Below are positions 9,001 through 12,625 of a DNA stretch of 24,000 nucleotides, piece by piece; the stretch's first letter is position 1, and each line of letters opens with the position of its first letter. Source of the stretch: an uncultured Coriobacteriaceae bacterium (GTDB lineage Bacteria; Actinomycetota; Coriobacteriia; Coriobacteriales; Atopobiaceae); NCBI GenBank assembly GCA_902786015.1, contig CADAAU010000018.1, positions 2,398 to 26,397 of the forward strand. The letters are read 5' to 3'. A program made the position numbers and the translations under genes. The notes beneath the pieces were generated by a model, which searched no databases, was not told where the DNA came from, and saw only the letters and a program-made list of their open reading frames with translations.

Positions 9001-10727
9001 CCGCTGCCAATGCCGGCAGCCTCAACGCCGCCGGTAGCCTCCACGGTGCCACCCGTTATCGTGACCGTTCCGGAGTCCCCACCAGCCTCGTCGCCTGAGC
9101 CAATGCCGGCACCGTAGTCTGCACCCGTGGCCGTTACTTCGGTCTCGATTCCGTTTGCCGCCGTGCTCTGGGATATGGTGATGGTGCCGCCGGCGCCTCG
9201 ATCGCCACCGCCGATGCCAGCGCCGTATTTGCCGGTGGCCTTTGCGATTACGGTGCCGCCGCGAATGTCCACGATGCCGCAGTCGGCCTCGTTGCCTCCG
9301 CCGATGCCTGCTGCCTCGTCACCACCGGTCGCCTCCACGGTTCCTCCATGAATCACGAGAGCGCCGTTGCTCTCGCCATCGTTGCCACCGATGCCTGCCT
9401 GACCGGAATCGCCCATGGCAACCAGCTTGCCGGACTTTCCCGACTGACACCACACGTGAAGTCGCGGCGAGTACCTTTGGATAATGTGGATACCGCGCTC
9501 AAACGTGAGCGTGACGCCATCGCCTAGGATGAGGTTGGCGTCGCCCGTCACCTCAATGCGATTGTGAAACGGGAGACTCTGCTTCGCCACATACCAGCCA
9601 GCCTGAAGCTGGGCGCCCTCTTGGTCCTGAATACTGGAGAAGTCGTTACACCCCTCGGCAAACTTCATCTTGCCGTCCTCGTCTATGTAACGCACCGTCT
9701 CTGCCTGCGGCGTCATTGTTGGCGTCGACTGCGTGCCTAGCTGCGTCGCAGCGTTCTTGCCGACTTTGTCCTTCGTGCTGGTGGGGGTCGCCTGCTGCTG
9801 CGCGTCGCCCGGTTGCGCGGCGTTCTTGCCGGCTTTGTCCTTCGCGCTGGTGGGGGTCGCCTGCTGCTGCGCGTCGCCCGGTTGCGCGGCGTCGGCGATG
9901 GAACCAGCACCGACCCCGGCCGTGGGCTTCGTCGTTCCCTCTACAGGATTCTCCGCGGCGGCTTTATTCCCTGGCTCAACCTCCGACTTCTTGGCGTCGT
10001 CGGTCGCACCCTTGGACGCAGGCGTCGAACCAGGCTCGGTACCAGGCTCGGGCTCCACCGTCCCCTCGACCGCCTCGGGACCGGAGGGTTCCGCTGGGTC
10101 CTTTTGCTCGGCCTCCCCCGCCGAGCCGACCTCCAGCGCGAGCGTCGCCGGCAACGCAACCTCAACGATAACCGCGTCGCCCTCCACGCGCTGCTCGAGC
10201 GGTGCCGCGGCCTCGTCTGCCACTTCGTACACGCACGCCACGCGGCCGTCGACCAGAAGACCCTCTCGCGCGATTGCCACGGTCGCCTTCGTGCCTTCCG
10301 CGGTCTGCAGCTCCTCGTCTCCCGCCGAGAGCACCCTCACGGTCATGACCTCGCTTGTTTGCGGCTCCATCCCTTCGGGTCGCGCCGCGGCGACAAGGTT
10401 CGTCGCACGCTCTGCCTCCTCGCCTTGCGAGCTGGCTACGTCGAGCTTCGCATCTTCGGGGAACGTTCCTTCGGCCGCAGAGACATGCACCCGCGTATCG
10501 CCCAAGTCGGCCTCCCGATCGAACGCGGGGCGAGCCGGTGCCTGAGCGTCGGTCTTCTCTGCGTCTCCCTGCGACGCCACACCCAACGCGACGGCATTCT
10601 CCGCCGTCTCCGTTACCGTTTGCGCGAAGGCTCGCGAGGCGTCCACCCCCAGCAATTGGAGCACAAGCATCACGCTCGTCACCCACGCGAAGATCGCCCT
10701 CAGCGTTGCTCTTCCCTCATTCTTCAT
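2787..10727 (-). CDS. Giant secreted multidomain surface adhesin (~2646 aa as read) with a frameshifted C-terminus
   Basis: Single ORF 2787..10763. I moved the start to the ATG at 10725-10727, which has a GAAGGGG SD 8 nt upstream; MKNEGRATLRAIFAWVTSVMLVLQLLGVDASRAFAQ is a signal peptide. Domain order from the translation: (1) an acidic/Pro-rich linker; (2) ~24-aa (A)GIGGG...GGTVxxxGG repeats; (3) a Cys/His-rich segment CHAYYVCIEPCTHP...HWYGCIYC...CPCG (about 8045-8226); (4) ten ~105-aa modules; (5) a pilin-isopeptide-like domain LQVKKKV...PGTYYYTINEV...ELVITNEY (about 4125-4510); (6) five 70-aa FxSNGG...GHxFxGWY...LTLYAKW repeats. The last 88 codons (2790-3053) are out-of-frame read-through after the 8-bp duplication. 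Confidence 0.9.
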   Translation of the reverse strand: MKNEGRATLRAIFAWVTSVMLVLQLLGVDASRAFAQTVTETAENAVALGVASQGDAEKTDAQAPARPAFDREADLGDTRVHVSAAEGTFPEDAKLDVASSQGEEAERATNLVAAARPEGMEPQTSEVMTVRVLSAGDEELQTAEGTKATVAIAREGLLVDGRVACVYEVADEAAAPLEQRVEGDAVIVEVALPATLALEVGSAGEAEQKDPAEPSGPEAVEGTVEPEPGTEPGSTPASKGATDDAKKSEVEPGNKAAAENPVEGTTKPTAGVGAGSIADAAQPGDAQQQATPTSAKDKAGKNAAQPGDAQQQATPTSTKDKVGKNAATQLGTQSTPTMTPQAETVRYIDEDGKMKFAEGCNDFSSIQDQEGAQLQAGWYVAKQSLPFHNRIEVTGDANLILGDGVTLTFERGIHIIQRYSPRLHVWCQSGKSGKLVAMGDSGQAGIGGNDGESNGALVIHGGTVEATGGDEAAGIGGGNEADCGIVDIRGGTVIAKATGKYGAGIGGGDRGAGGTITISQSTAANGIETEVTATGADYGAGIGSGDEAGGDSGTVTITGGTVEATGGVEAAGIGSGNECAGGVGTVTISGGTVTATGNVLGAGIGGGDDVSNGVTKILGGNVTANGGDGAAGIGGGENGHGGTVEVSGGTVSAFGGTTIADSIYSGAGIGGGDCGNGGTVNISGGSVTAVGADRCAGIGGGNTGNGGTVNISGGSVDARGGNEAAGIGGSINGDGGTVTIGGDANVTVHGGKHAAGIGGGSGSDAKGADVTIEHAATVTAFVNSDGMSGVQAIGHGKHGTDKGSIIVRPGERVFYNKNAPSDSGALAANVDQQYDVCHAYYVCIEPCTHPSGFGNKPTYHNETTHWYGCIYCAYGSNGEEPHVFDEDGNCPCGAQKINFVYSENGGENRSTTVTEIYNAAGHIDTTYVIKPSAWEHPHYDFNNWLCEGNGESCVLTPGAYKHSDLKQYMVPGGGAHTLNLKAQWQQRYGTIRINSVLKSPVPTDQNLNFVYRIQLDDTSFNDTVSEIKFENGESKTFLVGRQPRTILGLPEGVGYTVIQEGPSGDSLSQGDFLTKGSRYIGTTSSEVSDVTFTNTRRQGSLALSVEVESPTATDKDKGFPVEVHAKGDEPSSFVGTYGDLEFKQGVARLTLADGQTALATDLPAGNYEIQWGQDDDFDCQPSENSQLVTVPSLGYDNQPVTVEASATYTRKWGVLEVTKEVQGGTLSDAKQPFDFTVTLTDPSINGTYGEMTFTNGVAKFSLKHWESRIATGLPRGVGYTVEETPVAGFETYKNGVAGTIREGTIREYWSVARFTSAHQEGDLEVALAVKSSTAADKTKAFSVVARLSDATVSGWYGDMLFRDGVATFTLCDGESKVAEGLPAGVDYEVSQAELPGFSLATSGTTGAIEAVKARATLTNVRAEGGLLVSASVTSPIASDRGRSFPVTVRLTNLDSLNGTYGEMTFKNGQATFTIGDGGARFATGLPAGTRYVVMADEVTEFEGPDEGFEGSLSATELSLVQIAYARKTGSVEVSNEVSQGSNSDNQRPFSYTMELSDRSISGTYGDLEFVDGVATFTLSHRQKKALTGLPTGIVCTARQEQLAGFTTDSLIKEAVVPAEAQALAFVNTRQTGSLTVSNAVTGGSATEFKYTVRLSDKSVRGTRGEMEFDHPGAATFTLVNGESKTASGLPAGITYTVEQTPVDGSPVDGYLTTSSGAVGSIGTAESTASFSNTYAASGLVVSNQVVSDVPADHGASKAFQFTVKVDCSDMADQTVDGITFDDKGHGQTTFSLTDGQAKALTGLPAGASYVISQTADDDFRSGAVDWPSGTVPTKGAATVAWRNVRKTGGLRISNAVESYLPADASREFIYTVTLQDAVTLQDAVTLQDVPISGTYGGLHFVDGRATKTLRNKQTVTAEGLPAGVTYRVDQKADAGFDTTPSSDDGLVATGVVAATGGSVATAPFSNKRKDATLKVTNSVCNNEDKPIDGVEFGYVVTLSDWGVSAKFGDLLFQNGVARFGLVNGQFKMISDLPQGMGYTVSQQPAIGFATSATGEMGTIGIHGATASFTNTQLQQTAVLQVKKKVAGAGYDGNESFTFRLAKQDAAIGDILPGVRTATAVAGGTASFQPITFVQPGTYYYTINEVSPLAPFAKMGYNTSTYWARVVVTRTNSEQNRPTLQTTVTYGPSKDKATQAELVITNEYNHPPLTVSFEKNDGSAVDKQSVSYGSTVAKPSDPTRTGHTFKGWYADQALSKAYSFRSTVTQDLTLYAKWNVNFYTVEFESNGGSNVEAQGFIYGSKVTKPADPTRVGHTFAGWFTDAKLTKAYDFSSEVTANLTLYAKWQANTHTVTFVSNGGSAVAAQRVAHGSAVAMPANPKRAGYTFKGWYTDKALTRAYDFSAKVTSDRTLYAKWQVNTYTVTFKSNGGTAVATQRVTHGSKAQTPKAPSRTGHAFKGWFADAKLTKAYDFSAKVTGDLTLYAKWQVNVYTVTFKSNGGTAVATQRVAYGSAAARPSDPTRAGHAFEGWYADQALTRAYDFSAQVTGDLTLYAKWQAHDPTIRLSTAARTCNAWDGLIRCVTAWWRVPPASQGVLRRFSSVSRTFPIGARLSIERTFRLRAGRATGRGTARRAAPPASPSALRLFRFA
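3047..3062. repeat. Perfect 8-bp tandem duplication (ggatcgtg x2; CACGATCC x2 on the coding strand) that causes the adhesin frameshift
   Basis: ggatcgtg occurs at 3047-3054 and again at 3055-3062. Removing one copy reads ...LYAKWQAHDPSVDCRAHVQRLGW..., which joins the last Listeria-Bacteroides repeat in frame to the first ChW repeat. Confidence 0.9.
3063..4116 (-). repeat. Five tandem 210-bp coding repeats (Listeria-Bacteroides / Flg_new-type 70-aa repeats)
   Basis: ctgccacttggcgta recurs at 3066, 3276, 3486 and 3696, and gttccacttagcgta occurs at 3906, a strict 210-bp period. Each unit translates to xVxFxSNGGxxVxxQxVxxGSxxxxPxxPxRxGHxFxGWYxDxxLTKAYDFSxxVTxDLTLYAKW. Confidence 0.9.
5063..5116. 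repeat. Perfect 18-bp x3 in-frame tandem repeat inside one stalk module (encodes VTLQDA VTLQDA VTLQD)
   Basis: cgtcctgcagcgtaacgg occurs at 5063-5080, 5081-5098 and 5099-5116. Confidence 0.95.
5601..5630. repeat. 15-bp x2 in-frame tandem duplication (encodes PVDGS PVDG)
   Basis: tccatcaaccggcga at 5601-5615 and tccatcaaccggcgt at 5616-5630, one mismatch. Confidence 0.9.
6807..6836. repeat. 15-bp x2 in-frame tandem duplication (encodes GTIRE GTIRE)
   Basis: ctcgcgaatggtgcc at 6807-6821 and ttcgcgaatggtgcc at 6822-6836, one mismatch. Confidence 0.9.
8330..9430 (-). repeat. Degenerate ~24-aa Gly-rich repeats (AGIGGG...GGTVTISGGTVxA), probably a beta-solenoid/beta-helix head domain
   Basis: About 15 occurrences of (A/Y)(A/G)GIGGG/GIGSG separated by GGTVxxxGGxVxAxGG. 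The mirror-strand ORFs (8350..8739, 8740..9117) show the complementary PPPMPA periodicity. Confidence 0.6.
9752..9889. repeat. 69-bp x2 in-frame tandem duplication in the N-terminal linker (AAQPGDAQQQATPTSxKDKxGKN x2)
   Basis: Units 9752-9820 and 9821-9889 differ at only a few positions. Confidence 0.9.
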
Positions 10728-10830
10728 CGTGCCCGCCCCTTCTTGCATAATTGTTATTCTCACTTTAGCACAGGCATCATTTAGGCAGAGCGTGACATTT
10801 AGACAGAGCGTGACCGCAGTTCATCGCCCG
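10728..10830 (-). promoter_or_regulatory. Adhesin 5' UTR and probable promoter region, containing an 18-bp tandem repeat
   Basis: The SD GAAGGGG lies 8 nt before the ATG. On the coding strand, GTCACGCTCTGTCTAAAT and GTCACGCTCTGCCTAAAT (complement of 10779-10814, 18 bp x2 with one mismatch) are followed by TGCTAAAGT, a -10-like element with an upstream TG. The same layout recurs at 11637-11730. No transcription start can be proven from sequence alone. Confidence 0.4.
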
Positions 10831-11203
10831 TGCGTCGTGGCCCGCGGGCCTCGCTCGCGTGCCACCCTCGCCGCCAGCAGGCCCGCGCGACCGCTGCCCG
10901 CGCCCCGTGGCCGCGCGCCGCTGCCCGAGCGTCACACTCGCCGCCAGCAGCTCGTACGCCGTGGCCGCGCGCCGCCCTCGCCGCTCGAGCGCCATGGTCC
11001 GTGTCCGGATGCCGCGCCGCCCGTCGTCGGACGCCGCACAACCTGCAGCCTGAGCGACACATCACACGCTGACCAAAAAGCGTCTCAGCGCACATCTGCG
11101 CTACGCACAAATAATGGGAAAACAATATGAGACGCACTGCCACTCTCCGCGTAACAATAGACAAGGTGCAGGTCGCACTTAAAAAGATGAGGGGAGACCA
11201 ATC

Positions 11204-11545
11204 ATGCTTTGCAAGACAATCATCGGTACCGCATCTGCAATCGCACTCGCAATGACACTCGGAGTCGCAGGGCCGGTTCACGCGCAGACGGCCAAGACGA
11301 CCCCACGCCACAGCACGTCGCAGTCGCAAAGCTCCTACATTGGCGGTGACGCGGCAATGAAAGCTGCCCTCAAGCACTCCGGCATCCCCGAGCGAGACAC
11401 CTACGACATGGACGTCGACCTCGATACCGATTCCGGCCCCGTCCATTACGACGTTGAGTTCAAGTCGGACGGCCTGGAGTACAACTACGACATCGACGCG
11501 ATGACGGGTGAGATAATCAATTTCCACGCCGCGGTCGATGACTAA
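11204..11545 (+). CDS. Small secreted PepSY-domain protein (113 aa)
   Basis: MLCKTIIGTASAIALAMTLGVAGPVHAQ is a signal peptide. The C-terminal part, IGGDAAMKAALKHSGIPERDTYDMDVDLDTDSGPVHYDVEFKSDGLEYNYDIDAMTGEIINF, fits the PepSY pattern (A..iAl......v.....e.d.g..vYeVef..dg.eye..iDa.tGeil). A GAGGGGAG SD lies 7 nt upstream. Confidence 0.8.
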   Translation: MLCKTIIGTASAIALAMTLGVAGPVHAQTAKTTPRHSTSQSQSSYIGGDAAMKAALKHSGIPERDTYDMDVDLDTDSGPVHYDVEFKSDGLEYNYDIDAMTGEIINFHAAVDD

Positions 11546-11578
11546 CGGAACGCGATAGAAGCAAACCACGCGCAAGGG

Positions 11579-11730
11579 TCACGTTAAGATGGGGACGTCG
11601 ACTACGTGTTGACGTCCCCATCTCCATGTGGCCGTTCCCTCATTTTTCATCGTGCGAGCTTCTTATTTCTTAATGGTTAGCTTCACTTTGACTTAGGTAT
11701 CACTCAGGAAGGACGTGACTGCAGGTCACC
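11579..11730 (-). pseudogene. Orphan copy of the adhesin promoter, 5' UTR and first five codons (MKNEG), followed by unrelated sequence and a stop after 23 codons
   Basis: 11637-11730 aligns by eye with 10714-10830 (ccctcatt(c/t)ttcatcgtgc...cactttag/cactttgac...gtgac). The ATG at complement 11648-11650 gives MKNEGTATWRWGRQHVVDVPILT and then a stop. The intact gene begins MKNEGRATLRAIF. Confidence 0.6.
11587..11623. terminator. 13-bp perfect stem-loop between the PepSY gene and the orphan adhesin-type start; possible U-tract-less or bidirectional terminator
   Basis: AGATGGGGACGTC (11587-11599), an 11-nt loop, then GACGTCCCCATCT (11611-11623). It lies 42 nt after the PepSY stop. Neither strand has a T-run after it, hence the moderate confidence. 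Confidence 0.45.
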
Positions 11731-12105
11731 GTCTGCGCGCTGCGGCCACCGGATCCGTGCGCCACTGTCCCGACACCGCCAGCGAAATGTTGCATTCTGC
11801 GGAGCGTTTTTCGTGTAGCACGCAAATTGCGACATTTGGGGGTGACCGGCCGCACGTGGCGCCGAGCGCAGCCGCGCCGAGCTTGCCGCTCGTAAGTATC
11901 TTGTGCACGACTTGGTCAAGAACGGCGCCGCCAAGCAGATGGCGGACGGCAGTCGTGCTCATAGATTCCCCAATAGATTGAAACTTCTAACTAAAAAGTA
12001 ATCCGTATCGGCTAATGGAACTTCATGTCAACAAATACCAGCCTTTTCAATTGGCGGACGCTCGCTCGGGAGGCGGCAAGTTCCTAATTCCGTTGTTGCA
12101 AGCTC

Positions 12106-12298
12106 GCGCCGTCACTGGAAGCCCCGGGATCTCATCGGTCGGGTCACGAGGTGGCACGCGTGCCGGGCAGCCCGCCCAGGAGCAGCTGGTGTGGTCGTGG
12201 GTGCGGGTGTGGAAGAGGGGATGCAGAGAAAGGAGGACATGGGGAGCCTCTACTTCAACGGCCGTCCGTTCGAGCGTCGGAGGCGGGTGGGGAAGTGA
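12106..12298. repeat. Copy B of the 193-bp direct repeat (orphan 5' stub of a P-type ATPase paralogue)
   Basis: See copy A. On the minus strand it keeps the frame VEVEAPHVLLSLHPLFHTRTH...DPTDEIPGLPVTAR (copy A reads VEVEAPHVLLSRHPLFHARTH...DPTDEVPGLPVAAR), then diverges and stops. It ends roughly 10-30 bp before the drop in G+C. Confidence 0.85.
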
Positions 12299-12479
12299 CG
12301 GATCTGTAGGGCTTTATGGCCACAACGCTTTAGCAAACGAGAACGGCACATCCGGAAAGTTATCTGGTTCACGTATTACCAAAACCTCAATATATGAAGG
12401 ATTTATGAACGATTGCATGGGATATGTCGAATTGGCCCCGTGGTTTTAATTTCTGTCCCATACGGGATTTAGCATGTTT

Positions 12480-12590
12480 AAAAAGAGAACCCCTTGCGGG
12501 GTTCGAGCCTCATACGAGGCGCCTCCGAAGAGACATTTAGGGCAAGCCTTTATTTTGACTCGCAGCGTCGTTTTGACTGGTATCAAAACA
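12480..12590 (-). ncRNA. tracrRNA: tracrRNA (about 110 nt, antisense to cas9 and the array)
   Basis: Plus-strand 12552-12589 (ttttgactcgcagcgtcgttttgactggtatcaaaac) is repeat-like, with 23 consecutive identities to the CRISPR repeat at 12561-12583. The minus-strand RNA therefore carries the anti-repeat. The minus strand reads TGTTTTGATACCAGTCAAAACGACGCTGCGAGTCAAAATAAAGGCTTGCCCTAAATGTCTCTTCGGAGGCGCCTCGTATGAGGCTCGAACCCCGCAAGGGGTTCTCTTTTT. This closely parallels the S. pyogenes tracrRNA layout: anti-repeat with a 2-nt bulge, AAAATAAGGCT-type nexus, two small hairpins (GTCTC-TTCG-GAGGC and GCCTC-GTAT-GAGGC), and a terminator GAACCCC-GCAA-GGGGTTC plus a T-run. A TATACT -10 box (complement 12596-12601) lies 6-7 nt upstream of the proposed 5' end. 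The exact ends are not determinable from sequence. Confidence 0.8.
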
Positions 12591-12625
12591 AGACGAGTAT
12601 AGCATGAAAGGAGCGTTCGAAACAC

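Noticed and set aside
8099-10784. Long plus-strand ORFs antisense to the adhesin (8350..8739 and 8740..9117 rich in PPPMPA, 9733..10545, 9813..10784), and similar Arg/Ala-rich minus-strand alternative frames (10162..10686)
   Set aside because: These are mirror or alternative frames of a GC-rich repetitive coding region. Their low-complexity Arg/Pro/Ala composition, the lack of start context, and complete containment in a 2646-codon gene with clear domain content all argue against them.
11726-11962. A 78-aa minus-strand ORF (MSTTAVRHLLGGAVLDQVVHKILTSGKLGAAALGA...) with a GGGGAA SD-like motif and a TTGACA box upstream
   Set aside because: I recognise no family. The second half is low-complexity and runs into the duplicated adhesin-upstream segment. 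It could be a truncated gene start, but I cannot support a call.
10799-12449. The 258-aa minus-strand ORF 10799..11575 and the 144-aa plus-strand ORF 12015..12449
   Set aside because: The first is antisense to the well-supported PepSY gene and otherwise covers GC-rich intergenic repeats. The second spans the orphan ATPase stub on the wrong strand and the composition boundary. Neither has a credible start context or motifs.
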